From NCBI GenBank assembly GCA_964057225.1, contig OZ059896.1:15004001-15068000 (forward strand): 64,000 nt of DNA, in the 5' to 3' direction. The stretch comes from Auanema rhodensis (lineage: Eukaryota > Animalia > Nematoda). The notes below the pieces were generated by a model. That model was not told where the DNA came from and did not search any database. It was given only the letters and a program-made list of their open reading frames with translations. Of the stretch, positions 1-10,247 are shown one piece after another; within the stretch, counting starts at the first letter, position 1; the number at the start of each line of letters is the position of its first letter. A program made the translations under genes and the position numbers.

Positions 1-29
1 ATTGTCAATAACTATTATAATCAATATTG

Positions 30-50
30 AAAAAAAAAAAAGAAAAGAAA
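30..50 (-). terminator. RNA polymerase III oligo-dT terminator (present after A and B units, absent after C units)
   Basis: Minus strand TTTCTTTTCTTTTT... directly 3' of the discriminator base. Confidence 0.85.
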
Positions 51-51
51 C

Positions 52-134
52 TCCGTCGAGCCGGATTCGAACCAGCGACCTAAGGATATCTACACTTCTA
101 CAGTCCTCCGCTCTACCAACTGAGCTATCGACGG
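52..134 (-). tRNA. trnY-GTA: tRNA-Tyr(GTA) with 10-nt intron; representative of roughly 200 full-length type A copies (estimate)
   Basis: Minus strand CCGTCGA TA GCTC AGTTGGTA GAGC G GAGGA CT GTA G [AAGTGTAGAT] A TCCTT AGGTC GCTGG TTCGAAT CCGGC TCGACGG A: full cloverleaf, C1-G72 and A73 Tyr identity elements, A and B boxes, intron after position 37. Confidence 0.97.
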
Positions 135-156
135 AACGAATCTGTTGTTTTCAGAG

Positions 157-171
157 GTTATTGTCAATAAC
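157..171. promoter_or_regulatory. 15-bp dyad GTTATTG-T-CAATAAC, 23-37 bp upstream of each tRNA (variants GTGATTG/GTGAATG)
   Basis: Perfect 7-bp inverted repeat seen in sequence; it overlaps the expected TFIIIB footprint. Function is inference. Confidence 0.4.
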
Positions 172-172
172 T

Positions 173-222
173 GATATCTACACTTCTACAGTCCTCCGCT
201 CTACCAACTGAGCTATCGACGG
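173..222 (-). pseudogene. Type C monomer: tRNA-Tyr 5' exon + intron + 3 nt; lacks 3' exon, B box and terminator (representative)
   Basis: gatatctacacttctacag...cgacgg fused directly to ...caataact of the neighbouring spacer; 88-bp period. Confidence 0.9.
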
Positions 223-299
223 AACGAATCTGTTGTTTTCCAAAGTGATTGTCAATAACTACTATAATCTATATTGAAAATCGAAAAAAGAAAAGAAAC

Positions 300-353
300 T
301 CCGTCGAGCCTAACTTCTACAATCCTCCGCTCTACCAACTGAGCTATCGACGG
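300..353 (-). pseudogene. Type B monomer: 54-nt internally deleted tRNA-Tyr keeping acceptor stem and D arm (representative)
   Basis: Minus strand CCGTCGA TA GCTCAGTTGGTAGAGC GGAGGATTGTAGAAGTTAGGC TCGACGG A; 29 nt lost including T arm/B box; C32T; 131-bp period with its own downstream spacer. Confidence 0.9.
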
Positions 354-3300
354 AACGAAGCTGTTGTTTTCAGAGGTTATTGTCAATAACTGCTATAATC
401 AATATTTTAAATGGAACAAAAAGAAAATAAACTCAGTCGAGCCAGATTCGAACCAGCGACCTAAGGATATCTACACTTCTACAGTCCTCCGCTCTACCAA
501 ATGAGCTATCGACGGAACGAATCTGTTGTTTTCAGAGGTTATTGTCAATAACTGCTATAATCAATATTTTAAATGGAAGAAAAAGAAAAGAAACTCCGTC
601 GAGCCGGATTCGAACCAGCGACCTAAGGATATCTACACTTCTACAGTCCTCCGCTCTACCAACTGAGCTATCGACGGAACGAATCTGTTGTTTTCCGAAG
701 TGATTGTCAATAACTATTAGAATCAATATTGAAAAAAAAAAAAGAAAAGAAACTCCGTCGAGCCGGATTCGAACCAGCGACCTAAGGATATCTACACTTC
801 TACAGTCCTCCGCTCTACCAACTGAGCTATCGACGGAACGAATCTGTTGTTTTCAGAGGTTATTGTCAATAACTGATATCTACACTTCTACAGTCCTCCG
901 CTCTACCAACTGAGCTATCGACGGAACGAAGCTGTTGTTTTCAGAGGTTATTGTCAATAACTGCTATAATCAATATTTTAAATGGAACAAAAAGAAAAGA
1001 AACTCCGTCGAGCCGGATTCGAACCAGCGACCTAAGGATATCTACACTTCTACAGTCCTCCGCTCTACCAACTGAGCTATCGACGGAAAGAATCTGTTGT
1101 TTTCAGAGGTTATTGTCAATAACTGCTATAATCAATATTTTAAATGGAAGAAAAAGAAAAGAAATTCCGTCGAGCCGGATTCGAACCAGCGACCTAAGGA
1201 TATCTACACTTCTACAGTCCTCCGCTCTACCAACTGAGCTATCGACGGAACGAATCTGTTGTTTTCCGAAGTGATTGTCAATAACTACTATAATCTATAT
1301 TGAAAATCGAAAAAAGAGAAGAAACTCCGTCGAGCCTAACTTCTACAATCCTCCGCTCTACCAACTGAGCTATCGACGGAACGAATCTGTTCTTTTCAGA
1401 GGTTATTGTCAATAACTGCTATAATCAATATTTTAAGTAGAGCAAAAAGAAAAGAAACTCCGTCGAGCCGGATTCGAACCAGCGACCTAAGGATATCTAC
1501 ACTTCTACAGTCCTCCGCTCTACCAACTGAGCTATCGACGGAACGAATCTGTTGTTTTCAGAGGTTATTGTCAATAACTGCTATAATCAATATTTTAAAT
1601 GGAACAAAAAGAAAAGAAACTCCGTCGAGCCGGATTCGAACCAGCGACCTAAGGATATCTACACTTCTACAGTCCTCCGCTCTACCAACTGAGCTATCGA
1701 CGGAACGAATCTGTTGTTTTCCGAAGTGATTGTCAATAACTACTATAATCTATATTGAAAATCGAAAAAAAAGAAGAAACTCCGTCGAGCCTAACTTCTA
1801 CAATCCTCCGCTCTACCAACTGAGCTATCGACGGAACGAATCTGTTGTTTTGCGAAGTGATTGTCAATAACTACTATAATCTATATTGAAAATCGAAAAA
1901 AGAGAAGAAACTCCGTCGAGCCTAACTTCTACAATCCTCCGCTCTACCAACTGAGCTATCGACGGAACGAATCTGTTCTTTTCAGAGGTTATTGTCAATA
2001 ACTGCTATAATCAATATTTTAAATGGAACAAAAAGAAAAGAAACTCCGTCGAGCCGGATTCGAACCAGCGACCTAAGGATATCTACACTTCTACAGTCCT
2101 CCGCTCTACCAACTGAGCTATCGACGGAACGAATCTGTTCTTTTCAGAGGTTATTGTCAATAACTGCTATAATCAATATTTTAAGTAGAGCAAAAAGAAA
2201 AGAAACTCCGTCGAGCCGGATTCGAACCAGCGACCTAAGGATATCTACACTTCTACAGTCCTCCGCTCTACCAACTGAGCTATCGACGGAACGAATCTGT
2301 TGTTTTCAGAGGTTATTGTCAATAACTGCTATAGTCAATATTTTAAATGGAAGAAAAAGAAAAGAAACTCCGTCGAGCCGGATTCGAACCAGCGACCTAA
2401 GGATATCTACACTTCTACAGTCCTCCGCTCTACCAACTGAGCTATCGACGGAACGAATCTGTTGTTTTCCGAAGTGATTGTCAATAACTACTATAATCTA
2501 TATTGAAAATCGAAAAAAGAGAAGAAACTCCGTCGAGCCTAACTTCTACAATCCTCCGCTCTACCAACTGAGCTATCGACGGAACGAATCTGTTCTTTTC
2601 AGAGGTTATTGTCAATAACTGCTATAATCAATATTTTAAGTAGAGCAAAAAGAAAAGAAACTCCGTCGAGCCGGATTCGAACCAGCGACCTAAGGATATC
2701 TACACTTCTACAGTCCTCCGCTCTACCAACTGAGCTATCGACGGAACGAATCTGTTGTTTTCAGAGGTTATTGTCAATAACTGCTATAATCAATATTTTA
2801 AATGGAACAAAAAGAAAAGAAACTCCGTCGAGCCGGATTCGAACCAGCGACCTAAGGATATCTACACTTCTACAGTCCTCCGCTCTACCAACTGAGCTAT
2901 CGACGGAACGAATCTGTTGTTTTCCGAAGTGATTGTCAATAACTACTATAATCTATATTGAAAATCGAAAAAAAAGAAGAAACTCCGTCGAGCCTAACTT
3001 CTACAATCCTCCGCTCTACCAACTGAGCTATCGACGGAACGAATCTGTTCTTTTCAGAGGTTATTGTCAATAACTGCTATAATCAATATTTTAAGTAGAG
3101 CAAAAAGAAAAGAAACTCCGTCGAGCCGGATTCGAACCAGCGACCTAAGGATATCTACACTTCTACAGTCCTCCGCTCTACCAACTGAGCTATCGACGGA
3201 ACGAATCTGTTGTTTTCAGAGGTTATTGTCAATAACTGCTATAGTCAATATTTTAAATGGAAGAAAAAGAAAAGAAACTCCGTCGAGCCGGATTCGAACC

Positions 3301-6300
3301 AGCGACCTAAGGATATCTACACTTCTACAGTCCTCCGCTCTACCAACTGAGCTATCGACGGAACGAATCTGTTGTTTTCAGAGGTTATTGTCAATAACTG
3401 ATATCTACACTTCTACAGTCCTCCGCTCTACCAACTGAGCTATCGACGGAACGAATCTGTTGTTTTCCGAAGTGATTGTCAATAACTACTATAATCTATA
3501 TTGAAAATCGAAAAAAGAGAAGAAACTCCGTCGAGCCTAACTTCTACAATCCTCCGCTCTACCAACTGAGCTATCGACGGAACGAATCTGTTATTTTCAG
3601 AGGTTATTGTCAATAACTGCTATAATCAATATTTTAAATGGGAGAAAAAGAAAAGAAACTCCGTCGATCCGAATTCGAACCAGCGACCTAAGGATATCTA
3701 CACTTCTACAGTCCTCCGCTCTACCAACTGAGCTATCGACGGAACGAATCTGTTGTTTTCAGAGGTTATTGTCAATAACTGATATCTACACTTCTACAGT
3801 CCTCCGCTCTACCAACTGAGCTATCGACGGAACGAATCTGTTGTTTTCCAAAGTGATTGTCAATAACTACTATAATCTATATTGAAAATCGAAAAAAGAA
3901 AAGAAACTCCGTCGAGCCTAACTTCTACAATCCTCCGCTCTACCAACTGAGCTATCGACGGAACGAAGCTGTTGTTTTCAGAGGTTATTGTCAATAACTG
4001 CTATAATCAATATTTTAAATGGAACAAAAAGAAAATAAACTCAGTCGAGCCAGATTCGAACCAGCGACCTAAGGATATCTACACTTCTACAGTCCTCCGC
4101 TCTACCAACTGAGCTATCGACGGAACGAATCTGTTGTTTTCAGAGGTTATTGTCAATAACTGCTATAATCAATATTTTAAATGGAAGAAAAAGAAAAGAA
4201 ACTCCGTCGAGCCGGATTCGAACCAGCGACCTAAGGATATCTACACTTCTACAGTCCTCCGCTCTACCAACTGAGCTATCGACGGAACGAATCTGTTGTT
4301 TTCTGAAGTGATTGTTAATAACTATTATAATCAATATTGAAAAAAAAAAAAGAAAAGAAACTCCGTCGAGCCGGATTCGAACCAGCGACCTAAGGATATC
4401 TACACTTCTACAGTCCTCCGCTGTACCAACTGAGCTATCGACGGAACGAATCTGTTGTTTTCAGAGGTTATTGTCAATAACTGCTATAATCAATATTTTA
4501 AATGGAAGAAAAAGAAAAGAAACTCCGTCGAGCCGGATTCGAACCAGCGACCTAAGGATATCTACACTTCTACAGTCCTCCGCTCTACCAACTGAGCTAT
4601 CGACGGAACGAAGCTGTTGTTTTCAGAGGTTATTGTCAATAACTGCTATAATCAATATTTTAAATGGAACAAAAAGAAAATAAACTCAGTCGAGCCAGAT
4701 TCGAACCAGCGACCTAAGGATATCTACACTTCTACAGTCCTCCGCTCTACCAACTGAGCTATCGACGGAACGAATCTGTTGTTTTCAGAGGTTATTGTCA
4801 ATAACTGCTATAATCAATATTTTAAATGGAAGAAAAAGAAAAGAAACTCCGTCGAGCCGGATTCGAACCAGCGACCTAAGGATATCTACACTTCTACAGT
4901 CCTCCGCTCTACCAACTGAGCTATCGACGGAACGAATCTGTTGTTTTCAGAGGTTATTGTCAATAACTGATATCTACACTTCTACAGTCCTCCGCTCTAC
5001 CAACTGAGCTATCGACGGAACGAATCTGTTGTTTTCCAAAGTGATTGTCAATAACTACTATAATCTATATTGAAAATCGAAAAAAGAAAAGAAACTCCGT
5101 CGAGCCTAACTTCTACAATCCTCCGCTCTACCAACTGAGCTATCGACGGAACGAAGCTGTTGTTTTCAGAGGTTATTGTCAATAACTGCTATAATCAATA
5201 TTTTAAATGGAACAAAAAGAAAAGAAACTCCGTCGAGCCGGATTCGAACCAGCGACCTAAGGATATCTACACTTCTACAGTCCTCCGCTCTACCAACTGA
5301 GCTATCGACGGAACGAATCTGTTGTTTTCAGAGGTTATTGTCAATAACTGCTATAATCAATATTTTAAATGGAAGAAAAAGAAAAGAAATTCCGTCGAGC
5401 CGGATTCGAACCAGCGACCTAAGGATATCTACACTTCTACAGTCTCCGCTCTACCAACTGAGCTATCGACGGAACGAATCTGTTGTTTTCCGAAGTGATT
5501 GTCAATAACTACTATAATCTATATTGAAAATCGAAAAAAGAAAAGAAATTCCGTCGAGCCGGATTCGAACCAGCGACCTAAGGATATCTACACTTCTACA
5601 GTCTCCGCTCTACCAACTGAGCTATCGACGGAACGAATCTGTTCTTTTCAGAGGTTATTGTCAATAACTGCTATAATCAATATTTTAAGTAGAGCAAAAA
5701 GAAAAAAAACTCCGTCGAGCCGGATCCGAACCAGCGACCTAAGGATATCTACACTTCTACAGTCCTCCGCTCTACCAACTGAGCTATCGACGGAACGAAT
5801 CTGTTGTTTTCAGAGGTTATTGTCAATAACTGCTATAATCAATATTTTAAATGGAACAAAAAGAAAAGAAACTCCGTCGAGCCGGATTCGAACCAGCGAC
5901 CTAAGGATATCTCCACTTCTACAGTCCTCCGCTCTACCAACTGAGCTATCGACGGAACGAATCTGTTGTTTTCAGAGGTTATTGTCAATAACTGCTATAA
6001 TCAATATTTTAAATGGAACAAAAAGAAAAGAAACTCCGTCGAGCCGGATTCGAACCAGCGACCTAAGGATATCTCCACTTCTACAGTCCTCCGCTCTACC
6101 AACTGAGCTATCGACGGAACGAAGCTGTTGTTTTCAGAGGTTATTGTCAATAACTGCTATAATCAATATTTTAAATGGAACAAAAAGAAAAGAAACTCCG
6201 TCGAGCCGGATTCGAACCAGCGACCTAAGGATATCTCCACTTCTACAGTCCTCCGCTCTAACAACTGAGCTATCGACGGAACGAATCTGTTGTTTTCAGA

Positions 6301-6684
6301 GGTTATTGTCAATAACTGATATCTACACTTCTACAGTCCTCCGCTCTACCAACTGAGCTATCGACGGAACGAATCTGTTGTTTTCCAAAGTGATTGTCAA
6401 TAACTACTATAATCTATATTGAAAATCGAAAAAAGAGAAGAAACTCCGTCGAGCCTAACTTCTACAATCCTCCGCTCTACCAACTGAGCTATCGACGGAA
6501 CGAATCTGTTATTTTCAGAGGTTATTGTCAATAACTGCTATAGTCAATATTTTAAATGGGAGAAAAAGAAAAGAAACTCCGTCGAGCCGGATTCGAACCA
6601 GCGACCTAAGGATATCTACACTTCTACAGTCCTCCGCTCTACCAACTGAGCTATCGACGGAACGAATCTGTTGTTTTCAGAGGT

Positions 6685-7029
6685 CGTTCCATTCGGACTC
6701 CCCATATATGTAGCTGAAGGGTTAGAGCCAGACCACCAGAGGACCGAGGAATGGCTCCGCCTTCCCTCGTTCCCTTGGTCGGGAGTTCGCCTCTTAGCAA
6801 GCTCATGGACGGCTTGTAGTTTAGTCTTTATACTTATATTTATCTTATTGTATTGTATCTTTATCTTTGTATATTATTGTTGTAGTTTCATGCCAATAAA
6901 TCTTTCTCTCTTTTATCTTATGATTGACCTTATGCTCTTTATTCCTTACCGCTACACCAAGGAATACTATGCGCGTCATAGTATAAACTACAATGGTTTA
7001 TATTATCGACGCAGGAGCATAACGGAACG
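6685..7029 (+). repeat. 5' LTR
   Basis: CGTTCC...GGAACG, inverted termini; AATAAA near 6895. Confidence 0.92.
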
Positions 7030-7042
7030 TGGAGGTTCCACC
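7030..7042 (+). other. Primer binding site complementary to the tRNA-Gln 3' end
   Basis: TGGAGGTTCCACC is the reverse complement of GGTGGAACCT-CCA, the metazoan tRNA-Gln 3' end; abuts the 5' LTR. Confidence 0.85.
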
Positions 7043-9891
7043 TCGAACTCATCTTTTGAAAAAAAAAAAAATTTTTTTATTGTAAAAGTCCATTTTTGCA
7101 TTCTAAATTATAAATTCCTCCACTTGAAACAACAAAATGAAGGCGCCAATTTGTTTTAAGGTACAGATACAAGGGATCTCGCTTAAATGCGAGATAGGAC
7201 CAATAAAAATTTTTGCCCACCGTCCTCAATTTAAAACCGTCTGAATGTCCACCCTTTTCTATATCGTATCTTGTACCGCTTCTCATGCCATTTTGAGGAC
7301 GTTTGGATTGAAATAGAGGACAATTTCGCCAAACGAGAAATTATAATTGTTCACATTTTTTTTTTGGGCATAGAGAAGTTTGATTATTGGAACAAAAAGT
7401 TATAAGACGCGCGCAATTGATTATAGTTTGTATATTTTGTGGTCAGGACTAGAATTTTGAAAAATTATTATATTCAGACGTAAAAGATCATTTTACATAT
7501 TATTTTGCGGGAAACCAAAAACGGTTACATAAATTGAATATAAAAAGAGACCACACTAGTCCGAAAAAGCCTGGTAAATCTGCAATAAGACTTCTCAGCT
7601 CTTATTTGACAGTCAGGTCAAGTTGGCGGAAGCATAACTGCTACGGATTTTATCCCCGTAGATTATGTCACCTTCCTCAAATCATTTCGTTGTTTCAACT
7701 CATAAGATACCCCTTATTTCCTACAGTAATCCTAAGTAAATTGGAAATGTTTAAAAATAGACGTATTTTTCTCATTTTTTAAAAGAAATTCGCTTAGGAA
7801 AACGCACTTTTGCTTATTTTGATCAAGAAAAAGGACAGCCTTTTCAATAACTTTCCTCAAACCTCATTAGCATGCACAATGTCGAAAACATTTTGAGCAA
7901 AACATGCTATTTAAGGGAAAAGGAATGAGGAAAAGATTGCAAACATAAGTCCATTTTCTTGACGAAAACAGAGCAAAGTGCACAAAAATAAAAACACAGA
8001 GTACAAAATTTATTCAGTCAATACCCATATTTGATTTGCAACCGAGTTCGAAACTCAGAGGCAAGAAACATAGGAGTTTCGCTCGCAATTAAATCTTCAC
8101 TATATTCTAAACCTCGCGAAACCCTAAGTTCCAAACCAAATAATGAGTCATCATAAACAATATAGATTTTAAACAATAATCTATATAATAAATAATAATA
8201 AAAATGACTCTTTTCCTGGTACCAGGCCCAAGGACGTGCGGTTAATAAACCGGCCCTACCATTATATACATGAGCGCATAGATCAACTAAGCACCTTCGA
8301 CCAACAAGCTCCACTTCGGGAGCTACATCTACGAAGGTGGCAAAGTTTATATGGCCCTGCCCCAAATAATACATTTGGTGATCTTCGATAAACTAAAGTA
8401 ATCAAATAATCAAACATAAAATGGAGATACACAAACCATTAAAATTATATCAAGATTTGGCCTATAAGCCAAAACTCCTTCTCCATCGTACTGAACGATG
8501 GATTCGTATAATTTCCACAGGACATAAGTCATGCCAGTGGGATTATAACGTTGGAAATCCATTTTTTTTTCTTTCTTTCTTTTCTTTTCTTTTGTTTCTA
8601 ACCTTAAAATAAATGTTCAAAGGCCGCAAAAGTACAAAGGGGATGACATGAATAAAGTTTTTTTTAAAGATTCTAGAGCAGTAAGAAAACAAAATTAGAG
8701 GAAAGTGCAAGAGCGGATAAAAATAGTTTTTGCGAAGAGATAAACATCATTAACTATAATAAGCTTACGGTAGATAGGCGGAGTCAGATTCCTGGCCAGG
8801 ATTTGAAAAACTCCCTCTCATTTACCCTCCGCATCGCCCAGCAAAGCATGACTATCCTATTGCTCCCGAATCTTTCTCTCTCCCAACACACATCTAAAAG
8901 AATCTTACGCACCTTACGTCAACATCCCACACGTAGCTCACCATTCTCGGTTTTTCCAAACCAAGAGTCCTATAAAGGTGGCCAAAAGATTCTCATCGGT
9001 TTTCCGAGCCCTTTACTCGTCCGATACCAACAGTGACGCTACTGTCGCAAGTCGTCGCAGAAGCCGTACCCGACTTCTTAGTGTTCAAATAGAAAAACCG
9101 CACCAACCAGCCGAGAAGCCGAAGCCGCAAGTCGACCAGTTTTATACTCCCCGAGAAGGAACATATTCACCTTCTGACGACACCTACGAAGATCCGGACT
9201 TCATCAAAGCCGACGACAGAAAAAATTTTTATATACATTCTTTTCTTTTCTGTAAATTGTAAAAGGAAAGTAACGGTGAATTAGAAAACTTTTTGATGAG
9301 AGATTAAGTGAGTAAACAACCAAAAATAAGGAATAAGTGAAAATATAATAGAAATAAATGGCTACCGTAATCCTATACGACCGATAGAGATAAAATTTTG
9401 CGCTAAACTGAGCTCCATATGTATCTCCAGGAAGAGACGAACATTGGCAGGCGCCTAAGCCACACCCCATCTGAGTGGTAGCCTCCATTAGTACTCAAGG
9501 ATTCATTCAGAGAGACATATGGAGACGAGTAAATTATTAACTAAAATTATCCCCATCATCATTAGGATACGAGTAACCATGTAACCGAAATATTTAATAA
9601 TTCCTTAGTGTCTCACATAAATCACACATTCATGAAACAAAGAATTTTTTTTTATTACAGTACTACAATGACTAAATTTATTTTCTAATCCTCCGTTACA
9701 AAATAACATAAAACCTATTATTGTATTCAAATTCTATCTTAATACCATAAAGAAACCTATTAAAACTATTTATATATCTTTCTACATGTAGATTTTGAAA
9801 CTTTTAAATTTATTTGTAAACTCCTAGACTCTAAAACTCAGCTACATATACACTAAAAACTCTTTATATCGCGCGGACGCGAAAAATCTTT

Positions 9892-9900
9892 GAAAAAGGG
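9892..9900 (+). other. Polypurine tract
   Basis: GAAAAAGGG ending 2 nt before the TG of the 3' LTR. Confidence 0.7.
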
Positions 9901-9902
9901 CA

Positions 9903-10247
9903 TGTTCCATTCGGACTCCCCATATATGTAGCTGAAGGGTTAGAGCCAGACCACCAGAGGACCGAGGAATGGCTCCGCCTTCCCTCGTTCCCTTGGTCGG
10001 GAGTTCGCCTCTTAGCAAGCTCATGGACGGCTTGTAGTTTAGTCTTTATACTTATATTTATCTTATTGTATTGTATCTTTATCTTTGTATATTATTGTTG
10101 TAGTTTCATGCCAATAAATCTTTCTCTCTTTTATCTTATGATTGACCTTATGCTCTTTATTCCTTACCGCTACACCAAGGAATACTATGCGCGTCATAGT
10201 ATAAACTTCAATGGTTTATATTATCGACGCAGGAGCATAACGGAGCG
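9903..10247 (+). repeat. 3' LTR
   Basis: TGTTCC...GGAGCG, 342/345 identical to the 5' LTR by manual comparison. Confidence 0.92.

Larger units (their letters stand above)
1..6684 (-). repeat. tRNA-Tyr(GTA) tandem array, segment 1 (A/B/C monomers); continues beyond left window edge
   Basis: Head-to-tail copies of tccgtcgagccggattcgaacc...gagctatcgacgg (reverse complement of tRNA-Tyr) with unit lengths of about 162, 131 and 88 bp. Confidence 0.97.
6685..10247 (+). mobile_element. Non-autonomous LTR retroelement (LARD/large TRIM-like), 3563 bp
   Basis: Two 345-bp direct repeats with 3 differences, PBS after the 5' LTR, PPT before the 3' LTR, no recognisable gag/pol in the 2.9-kb interior, no TSD. 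Confidence 0.9.

Noticed and set aside
6685-10247. DIRS/tyrosine-recombinase element to explain the missing TSD
   Set aside because: Direct LTRs with a tRNA PBS and PPT fit an integrase-type LTR element; no recombinase or internal complementary region seen.
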